IMG/VR virus record: IMGVR_UViG_3300028416_000004
Span: 62,001-126,000 of that record
Length of the DNA: 64,000 nt
Strand: one strand, 5' to 3'
In this document: piece by piece, positions 1 to 10,418 of the stretch
Layout of the letters: each line of letters starts with the position of its first letter
Numbering within the stretch: the first letter of the stretch is position 1
Notes under the pieces: model-generated
Told to the model about the DNA's origin: nothing
Seen by the model: the letters and a program-made list of their open reading frames with translations, nothing else
Databases searched by the model: none
Made by a program: the position numbers and the translations under genes

Positions 1-201
1 TGAAATATATCTATAATCTAAAGCAGTCAAAAAATACCTATCACCTTCTTCGTTTGCAACTACAAATTTACACTCATCCTTAAAACCTTCAATCAACTTT
101 GAAGTCGAATCACAAAATTGCTCAACTGTTGGATAAAATAAATCTATTGCTCTTTTTTTGTTATTTGTTTTTACTTCTGTAAAATGTCCTAAAAATTCCA
201 T
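1..201 (-). CDS. Hypothetical protein, truncated by the window edge
   Basis: ATG at 201 on the minus strand opens MEFLGHFTEVKTNNKKRAIDLFYP..., which runs off the window; a TAnnTTTG element lies upstream at 231-238. Confidence 0.6.
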   Translation of the reverse strand, partial: MEFLGHFTEVKTNNKKRAIDLFYPTVEQFCDSTSKLIEGFKDECKFVVANEEGDRYFLTALDYRYIS

Positions 202-292
202 ATTTTAAAATTATTTTTTATTTATAATACCAAAATTATGTAATTATAAAACTTAAAACAAGTTTTTTGTTATTTTTTTTATTATTTTTTTA

Positions 293-757
293 TTATTTGA
301 AAATTTTATAATAAAATTTAGGACTTAAGTTTTCTGATTTTGAATAACTTAATTCATATTCGCATTTAATAAATTCAACATCAAACTCCATATACTTTAT
401 AGAAGCACCAATAGCATTCAATAAATGAAGTTTACATATATGAATAGTTTTATATTCTTCTATCCACCCATCATCTGTACATAAAAGTAAAGATTCTATA
501 CATATAACATCACCCTTATCATGTGTTGAAAAAAATTTAAATCCATTTATCTTTTCTGGTGTTATTACTTTTTCAGAATATTCATCTTCTAAAAAAACAA
601 TAAACCTATTTGATTTGTAGGGTTCAAAATTTCTAAAAACATTTCTTTGAGTAATATAGCTAATGTTATTATTTTGTCCTTTTAAATTCTCTAAATATTC
701 TTTTGAGGAATTACTATTTTTTTCTAAAATTAACTTTCTTCTTCTCTTTTTGAACAT
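293..757 (-). CDS. Divergent tail-tube-like (gp19-like) protein
   Basis: FEPYKSNRFIV and LHLLNAIG...ELSYSKS resemble motifs of T4-like tail tube proteins; by-eye similarity only. Confidence 0.45.
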   Translation of the reverse strand: MFKKRRRKLILEKNSNSSKEYLENLKGQNNNISYITQRNVFRNFEPYKSNRFIVFLEDEYSEKVITPEKINGFKFFSTHDKGDVICIESLLLCTDDGWIEEYKTIHICKLHLLNAIGASIKYMEFDVEFIKCEYELSYSKSENLSPKFYYKIFK

Positions 758-765
758 TGAATTTT

Positions 766-1482
766 TTAATATCTATTTTTATATTTTAAAATCTTTTGCA
801 TTTTAACTGGAGTGAGTACAAGTCCATTTTTTAGAGTTAAAGAAAATTGTTTAGATATAGCTTTTTCTATAATTTCAAAACTAAGTCTAGTGTCTCCTAC
901 CAAAAAACCTCTATCTGTAAACTTTACTACAAAAGGAGAGTTCGTTTTAGTATCAAATCTTACTAGAACATCTTTTTTCTTTCCTTTATCTTCATTAGCC
1001 TTTAATGTATTTACTTTTTGTGCTGGTTGGACTTTTTGTGTTAGTTGAGTTTTTTGTGTTGGTTCAACCTTTTGTGGTAATTGAATATTTTTAATTTGAG
1101 AAACAACCTCTTCTTCAACAACTTCTTTTTCTTTTTCTTGAAAAGTATTTTTTTGACTTTCTAATTGGGATAACTGACTTTCTAGAGCTGAAATAGCAGC
1201 TTTAGCTTGTTCTATTTCTTCTTCTTTTATTTGAACACCTAATGTTGCTTGTTTTTTTTGAAGAGACGCTTTTGTACCACTACCTTGAATACTAGAAACC
1301 ATATTTTTTTGAGTAGTCAATTCTTTTAACTTGTTTTTTAAATCATTTTGTGCATTTTTCAAATTAACTTTTACATCTTCTATATTTTTTTCTAAAGATG
1401 CTAAATCAAATCGCTCCTCTTCAAATAGATATTTAGAAGCTTCTCTTAAAATAAATGAGTCTATATCTTTTTTACTAAACAT
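766..1482 (-). CDS. Coiled-coil hypothetical protein, possible internal head protein
   Basis: 238-aa ORF with an N-terminal ILREAS/LFEE motif, a long heptad region and an upstream TATTTAT motif. Confidence 0.6.
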   Translation of the reverse strand: MFSKKDIDSFILREASKYLFEEERFDLASLEKNIEDVKVNLKNAQNDLKNKLKELTTQKNMVSSIQGSGTKASLQKKQATLGVQIKEEEIEQAKAAISALESQLSQLESQKNTFQEKEKEVVEEEVVSQIKNIQLPQKVEPTQKTQLTQKVQPAQKVNTLKANEDKGKKKDVLVRFDTKTNSPFVVKFTDRGFLVGDTRLSFEIIEKAISKQFSLTLKNGLVLTPVKMQKILKYKNRY

Positions 1483-1498
1483 ATTAAATACTTTTAAT

Positions 1499-1505
1499 AT
1501 AAATA
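1499..1505 (-). promoter_or_regulatory. Putative late promoter motif TATTTAT (representative copy)
   Basis: Same 7-mer lies 5-40 nt upstream of about 14 structural/packaging/lysis-type genes, in the coding orientation. Confidence 0.55.
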
Positions 1506-1518
1506 GTTTACAAAACTA

Positions 1519-1547
1519 AAAAGAGCACCAATTTTAAGTGCTCTTTT
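1519..1547 (-). terminator. Rho-independent terminator
   Basis: AAAAGAGCAC...GTGCTCTTTT inverted repeat with T tract, downstream of 1554..1736. Confidence 0.75.
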
Positions 1548-1553
1548 ATATTT

Positions 1554-1736
1554 TTACATGCCCATTAATTTATTATAATGCTCTTCCCAGACTTTCTCTT
1601 CTTTCTTCTTTAAGGCTTCCATCTCTTTTCTCTTAATTTCTAAATGTCTTTTAGCAACTTTTTTTCTTTGAGATTTTTTTAAACCTTTTTTAGTAGCAAT
1701 CCTAACTTTTACAGTTTTATTTTTTAATTTTTTCAT
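1554..1736 (-). CDS. Small basic hypothetical protein
   Basis: 60-aa Lys/Arg-rich ORF with an A-rich upstream region and a downstream terminator. Confidence 0.6.
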   Translation of the reverse strand: MKKLKNKTVKVRIATKKGLKKSQRKKVAKRHLEIKRKEMEALKKKEEKVWEEHYNKLMGM

Positions 1737-1789
1737 ATTAATTTATTTTTATATAAAAATATTTAAAAAAATAAAAATGTAAATATTTA

Positions 1790-3505
1790 TTAAATTCTAT
1801 TATTTATTTCATCTCTAATTTTTGCAGCTTCCATATAACTTTCAGACTCTAAAGCGTTTTCTAAAGCATCATTAAGTTCATCTATATTCATATCTTGTAA
1901 AGATTCTCTAGAACCCAACATTCCTTCTTCATTATCATTATTATCTTCTATAGAAATTCTATCATCTCCACTTTCTATAGCCCTCAAAATTTCATCTGCA
2001 TTATCAACTCCACCATCAACTATATCTTCTGGATTAGGTAATTCTCCATCATTTTCTTCTTGATAATCATCTACATCCTCTTCTATTTCATTAATCAAAT
2101 TTTCCAAAGCTCTAATTCCCTCTTGACCATCATGTAAAACTTTATCCATTAAATCTAAAAAATCTTGTGCGTCCAACATACCCAATTCATATAATAAAGT
2201 AGAAACAATAGTATAATCATCCTCTCTATCATGAACAATATAATCTATAGCATCATGTAAATATTTCCAAACTCTAGGACCTAACAATTTCATCCAGTGC
2301 TCCTCTTGATAAGAGTCAGCTCTTCCTAATACTGCTTTTTGCATTTTAGGAGACATATTCTCTAAGCTATAAGCAAATATATACTCAACTACAGACTTAG
2401 CGACTTCATGTAATAAAATAGGGAATAAATGAGCAGATGCTTTAGCTCCAACAACTTGTCTAACAGGAGTTTCTTCACTTTCTTCATTTTCTTCTTCAGA
2501 ATTTTCTGGTTGTCCAAATTTTAATTCTGATTTACCCATATTAATTCTAACACCAGTTTGTTTTGGGTCAAAACTCCAAGTCATTAATTCAGCTGTAGGC
2601 ATTATTTGTTTATATAATTCAAACAATTGTGGGTCAATATTATCAATGTCAGACTTAAAATCTCTTATGGTTTTATGACTTCTATAACCAGCTCCCATCA
2701 TTAGCATATTTTGAATAAATCTTTTATCTAAATTTTTCTTTAATTGCTCTTGTTCTTCTGAAGTAAAATCATCTTCTATAGTTTGCTCTAACTGTTGTTG
2801 TAAATCTTGACCAGAATCATCTTCCATATCCATATCTGGTCCATTTTGTAAAGGCTTTAAATCTGCTTCAATTTTTTGCATTATTCTATCTTCAACCCCA
2901 AAAGTTCTTTTTACTATATTCAAAGCAAGTCTCTCTAATTCATTTTTATATCTAGACTCTAACATACTTGCTAATTGAACTTTTTGCATAAAACTCATTG
3001 GAGCTAACAAACCAGCTTCTTTGGCGTTCCTTAAAATTTCATCAAACTCTTCTGTACCCAATTTAGATAACGTTTTAAAATCAGGTTCTCCTTTTTGAAA
3101 AATCTCTATGTTTTTAAAAGGAGTCTCTTCAGATTCTTCTGCTCCAGATAAACCTGATTTAATGTTAGGATGAATATACCTATCAGCTGAAGCTTCATCT
3201 TCTGGCCTTAATGGAGCTTCGCTAATCATTCTTCTGTATTTATTATATTCTTGTATAACTTTTAACTTTCTTTCGAAAGTATATTCACTTTCAAGTTTTA
3301 GTTCAGTAGAATAAGCTTTAGGTTTAGGTTTTTCTGTAGGAGAAGGATTTCTATCTGGTATACCTCTTCTCTTCTTTTTTTTGCCTTTATCTATTTCTGT
3401 ATCTGTATCCGTATCTGGTATAGCTATTTCATTTTCTTTAATCTTATCTTCCAACATGCGTTTAGCTATAGCTTCTTTTAATAATCTTTTTAAATCTTTT
3501 TTCAT
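1790..3505 (-). CDS. Acidic hypothetical protein with C-terminal UVR (UvrB/UvrC) motif, possible head/ejected protein
   Basis: C-terminus [25 protein letters not shown] fits the UVR consensus; N-terminal LKRLLKEA motif; TATTTAT at 3535-3541. Confidence 0.6.
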   Translation of the reverse strand: MKKDLKRLLKEAIAKRMLEDKIKENEIAIPDTDTDTEIDKGKKKKRRGIPDRNPSPTEKPKPKAYSTELKLESEYTFERKLKVIQEYNKYRRMISEAPLRPEDEASADRYIHPNIKSGLSGAEESEETPFKNIEIFQKGEPDFKTLSKLGTEEFDEILRNAKEAGLLAPMSFMQKVQLASMLESRYKNELERLALNIVKRTFGVEDRIMQKIEADLKPLQNGPDMDMEDDSGQDLQQQLEQTIEDDFTSEEQEQLKKNLDKRFIQNMLMMGAGYRSHKTIRDFKSDIDNIDPQLFELYKQIMPTAELMTWSFDPKQTGVRINMGKSELKFGQPENSEEENEESEETPVRQVVGAKASAHLFPILLHEVAKSVVEYIFAYSLENMSPKMQKAVLGRADSYQEEHWMKLLGPRVWKYLHDAIDYIVHDREDDYTIVSTLLYELGMLDAQDFLDLMDKVLHDGQEGIRALENLINEIEEDVDDYQEENDGELPNPEDIVDGGVDNADEILRAIESGDDRISIEDNNDNEEGMLGSRESLQDMNIDELNDALENALESESYMEAAKIRDEINNRI

Positions 3506-3573
3506 TATTATAATTTTAATATAAACATTATATAATAAATATGCCTAAAAAAGCTTTTTATAAACTTTGATAC

Positions 3574-3609
3574 AAAAAAAAAGCCTACAACTAATTGCAG
3601 ACTTTTTTT
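3574..3609 (-). terminator. Rho-independent terminator after nrdA
   Basis: Minus-strand RNA AGUCUGCAA-loop-UUGUAGGCU (with G-U pairs) followed by a U run. Confidence 0.75.
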
Positions 3610-3630
3610 GTTAAATTAAATCATAAATTT

Positions 3631-6189
3631 TTATGAACCACAAGCTATACAATCATCTGGATTATCTATACTACATTGTAATTGAGACATTGCATTTAGT
3701 TCATCTTGAGACATTTCTACAACAGGAGTTACATTAACCTCCTCTTGAATAGTCTCTTTTATAGAAACTTTTTCTACTTGAACTACTTTTGGAGTATCAA
3801 AATTTTCAGAAACTTCTTCTACTTTATTTACTTCTGCACCCAAAGATTTTTTAGCTTCTGCTTTAGCATTACTTCTTAAGTAATACATACCAGTTTTTAA
3901 CCCCTTTTTCCAGCCATAAAATAAAGCCTTATTTAACTTAGCAACATTTGCATCTCTCATAAATAAATTTAAAGATTGAGATTGACAAATAAAGGCACCT
4001 CTATCTGCTGACATATCAATCAAATTAGATAACTTCATTTCCCAAGCAGTTTTATAAATTTCTCTAATTTCTCTAGGTATATCTTGAATATCTTGAATAG
4101 AACCATTATTTTTAATCATCTCAATTCTAATCTTATCATTCCATAAGCCTAAATTTATCAAGTCCATAACCAAATGCTTATTTACAACTACAAATTCTCC
4201 TGATAATACATTTCTTCTATAAATATTAGAAGTGAAAGGTTCAAAACATTCGTTATTACCTAATATTTGTGCTGTTGAAGCTGTCGGCATTGGAGCTAAT
4301 AGTAATGAGTTTTTAACCCCATATTTCATTACGCTCTTTCTTAATTTAGACCAATCCCACATTCCAGACAAATCTTCATCATTTAAATTCCATAAATTAA
4401 ATTGAAACTTACCTTCAGAAAGAGGAGAACCAACAAATGTAGAATAAGCACCATCTGTACTTTTTAAATTTTCTGTTTGTGGTAATTCTTTTAAATCTTT
4501 TTTGGCAATTTCATTAGAAGCAGTCATAGAAGCAAAATAAATTGTCTCAAAAACATCTTTATTTAACTTTTTAGCTTCTTCTGACTCAAACGGATAACCT
4601 AATACAGCAAACAAATCAGCTAAACCTTGAACTCCAATACCTATAGGCCTATGTCTCATATTAGAATTTTTAGTTTCTGGAGTGGGGTAGTAATTTTTAT
4701 CAATAACTTGATTTAAATTAACAGTTGTTTGATAAGCTACCTCATAAAGTTTGTCAAAATTAAAAGTTCTTAAAGTTTTATCTTTAGATTTCGTTTTACC
4801 ACTAGGAATATCTACAAATTTAGGTAAAGCTATAGAAGCCAAATTACAAACTGCTGTTTCATCTTTGTCAGTATATTCTAGGATTTCAGTACACAAATTA
4901 CTAGATTTAATTGTACCTAAATTCTTTTGGTTAGATTTGCTATTCGCAGCATCTTTATATAAAACATAAGGAACTCCAGTTTCAATTTGATTTTCCAAGA
5001 TTTGAGCCCATAATTCTCTAGCTTTAATAGTTTTTTCACCAATTCCTTCAATTTCATATCTTTCATATAATTCAGTAAAATCTTTTTTATCATCAGAATC
5101 ATATGCATCAATTAAACCTGGAACTTTTGCTGGGTCAAACAAAGTCCACTGACCATCCTCTTCTACTCTTTTCATAAATAAATCTGGAGTCCAAAGTGCT
5201 AAAAACAAATCTCTAGCTCTCATCTCTTCTTTACCATGATTCTTCTTTAAATCAATAAAATCTTGAATATCAGCATGCCAAGGTTCTAAATAGACAGCAA
5301 TTGAACCTTTTCGCTTCCCACCCCCTTGGTCTACGTATCTTGCAGTTTCATTAAAAACCTTTAACATTGGAACAATACCATTAGAGAAACCATTAGTTCC
5401 CTTAATATAAGAACCTTTACTTCTAATTTTGTGAATATTCACACCAATGCCACCAGCTGTTTGAGAAATTAGAGCACAATCTGATAAAGTTTTATAAATA
5501 CCTTCAATTGAATCAGAATCTATGTCTAACAAAAAACAACTAGACATTTGTGGTTTTTTTGTTCCAGCATTAAATAAAGTTGGGGTAGCATGAGTAAAAT
5601 AACCCTCTGATAATAAGTCATAAGTTTTTTGAACTTCTTTAAAATTATCACCCCAAATACCTATAGCAACTCTCATATACATATGTTGAGGAGTTTCAGT
5701 TATTTGATTATTCATTCTTAACAAATAAGCTCTCTCTAAAGTTTTAAATCCAAAATATTCAAAATCATAATCTCTATCATGAATAATCATAGATTCGATT
5801 TTTTTATGATTTTTCTGAACAACTTCATAAACTTCATCGGAAATCATACCTGCATTAAGACCAGTTTTTGGGTCTATATAACTATATAAATCTTCTATTG
5901 TTTCTTTGAAGCTTTTTTTGGTTTCTTTTTTTAAAGCACTAATAGCAATTCTTGAAGCTAAAATAGAATAGTCTGGGTGTATTCTTGTCATAGCCGCTGC
6001 TGTTTCTGATGCTAATTTATCCAACTCTTTAGATGTAACTCCATCATAAACTCCAGAAATAACTTTTTGTGCAACTTCTAAGTAATCTACATATTCAGTA
6101 TCTAAATCATAAGTTTGCTTTTTGACTCTAGAAGAAATTTTATCAAATTTAATTGTTTCTTCTGTACCATCTCTTTTAATTATTCTCAT
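3631..6189 (-). CDS. nrdA: Ribonucleoside-diphosphate reductase class Ia, alpha subunit
   Basis: N-terminal ATP cone (IIKRDG), [32 protein letters not shown] and C-terminal CIACGS. Confidence 0.98.
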   Translation of the reverse strand: MRIIKRDGTEETIKFDKISSRVKKQTYDLDTEYVDYLEVAQKVISGVYDGVTSKELDKLASETAAAMTRIHPDYSILASRIAISALKKETKKSFKETIEDLYSYIDPKTGLNAGMISDEVYEVVQKNHKKIESMIIHDRDYDFEYFGFKTLERAYLLRMNNQITETPQHMYMRVAIGIWGDNFKEVQKTYDLLSEGYFTHATPTLFNAGTKKPQMSSCFLLDIDSDSIEGIYKTLSDCALISQTAGGIGVNIHKIRSKGSYIKGTNGFSNGIVPMLKVFNETARYVDQGGGKRKGSIAVYLEPWHADIQDFIDLKKNHGKEEMRARDLFLALWTPDLFMKRVEEDGQWTLFDPAKVPGLIDAYDSDDKKDFTELYERYEIEGIGEKTIKARELWAQILENQIETGVPYVLYKDAANSKSNQKNLGTIKSSNLCTEILEYTDKDETAVCNLASIALPKFVDIPSGKTKSKDKTLRTFNFDKLYEVAYQTTVNLNQVIDKNYYPTPETKNSNMRHRPIGIGVQGLADLFAVLGYPFESEEAKKLNKDVFETIYFASMTASNEIAKKDLKELPQTENLKSTDGAYSTFVGSPLSEGKFQFNLWNLNDEDLSGMWDWSKLRKSVMKYGVKNSLLLAPMPTASTAQILGNNECFEPFTSNIYRRNVLSGEFVVVNKHLVMDLINLGLWNDKIRIEMIKNNGSIQDIQDIPREIREIYKTAWEMKLSNLIDMSADRGAFICQSQSLNLFMRDANVAKLNKALFYGWKKGLKTGMYYLRSNAKAEAKKSLGAEVNKVEEVSENFDTPKVVQVEKVSIKETIQEEVNVTPVVEMSQDELNAMSQLQCSIDNPDDCIACGS

Positions 6190-6213
6190 ATTTTTTATTT
6201 ATTTATATTTTAT

Positions 6214-7236
6214 TTAAAAATCATCATCACTTCCATCAAAACTAATACTATTATCTTTTGAGTCACTTCCTACTCCAGACTTAGAATAATCAGCCACTCT
6301 CTTTTCAAAGAAGTTTGTTTTATTCTCTAAAGCTATATTTGCCATAAAATCAAAAGGATTTTTTGCATTAAACATTGGAGAACACTTTAAATCAATCAAT
6401 AAATTATCAGCTACATACTCTAAATATTGCTTCATTAAATCTGCATTCATTCCAATTAAACTAACTGGTAAAGATTCTGTAATAAACTCTTTTTCAATCT
6501 CTAAAGCAGAACTGATAATCTCTTTTATTCTAGATTCTGGAACTTTGTTTACAAGATGATTATTGTGTAAGTGTACAGCAAAATCACAATGCAAACCTTC
6601 ATCTCTAGAAATTAATTCATTAGAAAAACTAAGACCTGGCATTAACCCTCTACTTTTTAACCAAAAAATTGAACAAAAAGAACCAGAAAAGAAAATTCCT
6701 TCAACAGCCGCAAATGCTATTAACCTTTCAGCAAAACTGCTAGATTCAATCCATCTCAAAGCCCATTCACCCTTCTTTTTTACTGCATCTATATTCTCTA
6801 ATGCATTAAACAACATATTTTTTTCATCTTTATCTTTTACATAAGTGTCAATTAATAAAGAATAAGTTTCAGAGTGAATATTTTCCATTGCAATCTGAAA
6901 ACCATAAAAGAATTTAGCCTCTGCATATTGAACTTCACTAACAAAGTTTTCTGCTAAATTTTCATTTACAATTCCATCAGAAGCTGCGAAAAAAGCTAAA
7001 ATATTTTTAATAAAATATCTTTCATTATCATTTAACGTCTCCCAATCAGATAAATCTTGCTGCAAATCAATCTCTTCAGCAGTCCAAAAACTAGCTTCAG
7101 CTTTTTTGTAAAATTCCCATATATCATTATATTGTATTGGAAAAATAACAAATCTATTAGGATTTTCTTTTAAGATGTTTTCTTCTAAATGATTTAGTTT
7201 TTCTACATTTTTTTCGTTTAAAATCTCTTGACTCAT
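6214..7236 (-). CDS. nrdB: Ribonucleoside-diphosphate reductase class Ia, beta subunit
   Basis: [31 protein letters not shown] and RDEGLH di-iron motifs. Confidence 0.98.
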   Translation of the reverse strand: MSQEILNEKNVEKLNHLEENILKENPNRFVIFPIQYNDIWEFYKKAEASFWTAEEIDLQQDLSDWETLNDNERYFIKNILAFFAASDGIVNENLAENFVSEVQYAEAKFFYGFQIAMENIHSETYSLLIDTYVKDKDEKNMLFNALENIDAVKKKGEWALRWIESSSFAERLIAFAAVEGIFFSGSFCSIFWLKSRGLMPGLSFSNELISRDEGLHCDFAVHLHNNHLVNKVPESRIKEIISSALEIEKEFITESLPVSLIGMNADLMKQYLEYVADNLLIDLKCSPMFNAKNPFDFMANIALENKTNFFEKRVADYSKSGVGSDSKDNSISFDGSDDDF

Positions 7237-7270
7237 ATGTTTTTTTTTTATTTTTTTTTTATGATTTTCA

Positions 7271-7278
7271 CAAATATA
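7271..7278 (-). promoter_or_regulatory. Bacteroidota-type -7 promoter element TATATTTG (representative copy)
   Basis: Fits TAnnTTTG; further copies at 231, 10307, 12058, 28073, 35559 and 40561, each upstream of a non-structural gene. Confidence 0.65.
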
Positions 7279-7444
7279 ACAATAATATTCTTTTTAAAAA
7301 AGTAAAATAATATATTATTTGTTTTTTTGTTTTTATTTAAAGTGTTAATAAATAATTTAATTTTTAAATGATAAATTTAAAAGTGTTTATTTTTTTTCAC
7401 TATAAACTCTATAGACCTTCAAAAAGGCTTTTTTGGTCTATAAG

Positions 7445-8485
7445 TTACTTTTTAACTTTCTCTAAAACTTTAGAAGAATATTCTTTTTCTTTAGAGATTA
7501 AACGATTAAAAGGTCTAAAAAATAAAGACATGTCATTATTGAAAACATGCATATTAAAGCCATCTTTAATCATTAACTTCATAGCATTATTTATACCTCT
7601 ATCTTGCTCTACTGAAGGCATAATAATTATACAATCTATTATTTCACTTACTTCATCTATAGCTTTTTGGTTAACTATAGGCTTTTTGAGATTCATCAAC
7701 TCTCTATTTAACTCTATAGTTTTTCTTCCATTAATAATTTGCTCATAAATTTTTAATGGCTTCTCTTTTTGTTTTTCTTCAGCTTCTTTTATTAATTCAT
7801 CTAAAGTATATCTCTCTTCAAAAAATCTAGGGAAGTACGTTTTCATCTTTTTCATACCAACCCCCTTTAGGCCTGTAATTGAATCTGAAGTATCTCCTTC
7901 TATACATTTTGCAAACAAAGCGTTTTTATGTGTATATCCAAATATCTCTTTAAAATTATCAACATTAATCAACTTTCCATCTGAAGGTCTTATAACAGAA
8001 ACATTCTCATCTATTAATTGATGAAAATCTTTATCACTACTATATATTATAACATTTTCATCTTTATGTCTATTTTTTACATATAAACCTAACAAATCAT
8101 CAGCTTCAACATATTCTACCTCAACTTGCCTTACACACAATTCTTCTAAATAATTTTTTACTTGTATTTTTTGCTTTAATTTACTATACTTTCTCTGCCT
8201 TTCCTCATCTATCTCTTCATCTGTAAAGTAATAAGACTCTTCTTCCCAAGATTTATCTCTATCTCCTTTATATAAAGGATAAATGTTTTTTCTAAAAATG
8301 CCAGACATAATTCCATCCCAAAAAACAACAACTCTGTCTGGCATAGTTTTATCTACTATAGACCTTAAACTATCTAAAAAACCATATGAACCACCACAAT
8401 GCTCCCCTTTAGAAAATAAATCTTGTCGTTTCATAAAGTTACGCTTCAGATTCCATTCACCATCTATCAATAAGACTTTTCTCAT
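7445..8485 (-). CDS. 5'-3' exonuclease / flap endonuclease (T4 RNase H or PolI N-domain type)
   Basis: LLIDG, VVVFWDG, YKGDR, EADD, SSDKDFHQL and GDTSDSITGLKGVG motifs. Confidence 0.93.
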   Translation of the reverse strand: MRKVLLIDGEWNLKRNFMKRQDLFSKGEHCGGSYGFLDSLRSIVDKTMPDRVVVFWDGIMSGIFRKNIYPLYKGDRDKSWEEESYYFTDEEIDEERQRKYSKLKQKIQVKNYLEELCVRQVEVEYVEADDLLGLYVKNRHKDENVIIYSSDKDFHQLIDENVSVIRPSDGKLINVDNFKEIFGYTHKNALFAKCIEGDTSDSITGLKGVGMKKMKTYFPRFFEERYTLDELIKEAEEKQKEKPLKIYEQIINGRKTIELNRELMNLKKPIVNQKAIDEVSEIIDCIIIMPSVEQDRGINNAMKLMIKDGFNMHVFNNDMSLFFRPFNRLISKEKEYSSKVLEKVKK

Positions 8486-9456
8486 TATTTACCACTGTAT
8501 TTATTCCAGTCATCATCAAATCTCAACTCCCAATCAGTTCTGTGTTCTTTCTTATAATTGTTTAAGTCAGTAGTTGTATCTTTAACAAATCCATGAGCTG
8601 TACATAATATTTTATCTTTAACAGAAATGTTTGTTATGTGATTCTTTTCAACAACAATAGCTGTTTTAATTGCAAAAGAAACATTTACACCATCCTTAGT
8701 AGCATATACTTTTGTTGAATTTGATAAAATACCACCCATTCTTATAATTAAACTAGCAGCTTTAGCAATACCCTTACCACCATATGGAGTTAAAGTGTTT
8801 GCAATAGTACCCTCATAAGCGTGATTTACAATTAACAAAGTTGCACTATAAGGAAAATCTGCACGTTTTGTTGCTGAAATTTGTTTTTCAATAACTCTAT
8901 GAATTTGTTGAGTTAAAACTTTAGCAGTTTTCATAATTGCTCCATCTGCATCTTTTTCAATAGCATCTCTTTCAGCTTTACTTACTACGTTACCAATAGA
9001 ATCTATTATAACTAAGATATCAGTTGGTAAAACTCCATCTCTTTGGTCTTTTAGTCTATCTCTAACAAATTTAGTAATATCTTCAACTTCCTCTATTGAA
9101 TCAACATAAAGCATATCACCTTGAGTAATACCCATATCTAATGCGTGACTCCAATTGAACTTTTTTTCAGTATTAATAAAAATAGGAAGAATATCATTAT
9201 CTATAGCACCTTTAGCTGCTTCTAAAGCTAGAGTTGATTTACCTGAATCTGGATGTCCATAAGCCATAGTTACACCATACATAGGTATACCAGGAAGTTG
9301 AGTAGTGTCTTGATAAGCTCTACTTAATGGAATCCATTCATCTTCTTTATAAATAACTTCTTCTAAATCTAAATTCTTTCTATAATCACTTATAGAAAAA
9401 GTTTTTTTAGGCTTTAAATTTGGAGTACCTTCTCCTTCTTCTGTTTTTTTTGCCAT
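8485..9456 (-). CDS. recA: RecA/UvsX-like recombinase
   Basis: Walker A GHPDSGKST, FINTEK, IIDSIG, PYGGKG and VEKNH motifs. Confidence 0.88.
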   Translation of the reverse strand: MAKKTEEGEGTPNLKPKKTFSISDYRKNLDLEEVIYKEDEWIPLSRAYQDTTQLPGIPMYGVTMAYGHPDSGKSTLALEAAKGAIDNDILPIFINTEKKFNWSHALDMGITQGDMLYVDSIEEVEDITKFVRDRLKDQRDGVLPTDILVIIDSIGNVVSKAERDAIEKDADGAIMKTAKVLTQQIHRVIEKQISATKRADFPYSATLLIVNHAYEGTIANTLTPYGGKGIAKAASLIIRMGGILSNSTKVYATKDGVNVSFAIKTAIVVEKNHITNISVKDKILCTAHGFVKDTTTDLNNYKKEHRTDWELRFDDDWNKYSGK

Positions 9457-9480
9457 TTTTTTTAATTTAATTATTAATTA

Positions 9481-10245
9481 TTAACCATTTTGATTTTCAG
9501 AACCATCTACTAAATTAATAGACTTATCTAATATCTTCTTTATAGCATCATAAGGAAGTTCTATAAAAATTTCATTTAAAGGCTTTACTAAACTCCTTAA
9601 AGTGTTAGCCTTTTCTTCGTCAGGTAAACCATGAGCATCTACCATTAAAGGTGTCTTAACAGGTACAATCATCAAATTAACAACATCAGAATCTGATGGA
9701 AAAGTTATATTAATATCATTACCTTGAGCAATATTGGAAATGTCACCATAATACTTGTTTTTATAAAAACCAGCTATAGTATTCAATATTGTTTTAGGAA
9801 AACCCCACCACTTTGGACCTTCATGCTCTTTTCCTCTAATAGTAATGGGTAAAAAATGTCTAGTTTTAGCAACTTTTTTCTTTTTATCATCACTATCTGG
9901 TTGAGTATTTAAATGTTCACATATAGGACAAGGTCTACCGTATTGAGAAGGGCATACTACCATTTTTGAACTTCCTATATTCCAGTGAAAATCAATTTTT
10001 TGATAAGCTTTTCCAACTAAAGGTGGTACAATCCTAATTTCTTCACCCTCACTTGGTATTTTACCTTTTTTTGGATTATAAGTAGCATCCCTTAAATCTA
10101 CCTTAACCTTTTCATTTCTGTTCATAGAAGAATTTGTTTCTTCTACATCACTTAAAAATTCTTCAACATTCATTCCTTGACTGTAAGGTTGTTGATTTAC
10201 ACCCTCAAACTCTTGGTTTGAAGGATTGTTGTTGTAATCATTCAT
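9481..10245 (-). CDS. Single-stranded DNA-binding protein, T4 gp32-like
   Basis: IRIVP, H...CP...CPICEH zinc motif, WGF..TI and YGDI...GND; adjacent to the recombinase. Confidence 0.82.
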   Translation of the reverse strand: MNDYNNNPSNQEFEGVNQQPYSQGMNVEEFLSDVEETNSSMNRNEKVKVDLRDATYNPKKGKIPSEGEEIRIVPPLVGKAYQKIDFHWNIGSSKMVVCPSQYGRPCPICEHLNTQPDSDDKKKKVAKTRHFLPITIRGKEHEGPKWWGFPKTILNTIAGFYKNKYYGDISNIAQGNDINITFPSDSDVVNLMIVPVKTPLMVDAHGLPDEEKANTLRSLVKPLNEIFIELPYDAIKKILDKSINLVDGSENQNG

Positions 10246-10418
10246 ACTTTTCTCTTTTTTAAAGTTTTTAATCAGTCTAAATCGTTTTTCTTAACTTTTA
10301 TAACCGCAAATATAACTCTTAATTGAGTCTAATTATAAATATAGTTATTTTTAAATTTCATATACAAATAAAGTTAAAAAAAACATAAAAAACAATATTT
10401 TTTCAATTTATTTTTCAA

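Noticed and set aside
3631-7236. Eukaryotic or giant-virus origin suggested by eukaryote-like RNR subunits
   Set aside because: T4-like portal, terminase, baseplate genes, holin and DnaE indicate a tailed phage; Bacteroidota also encode this RNR type
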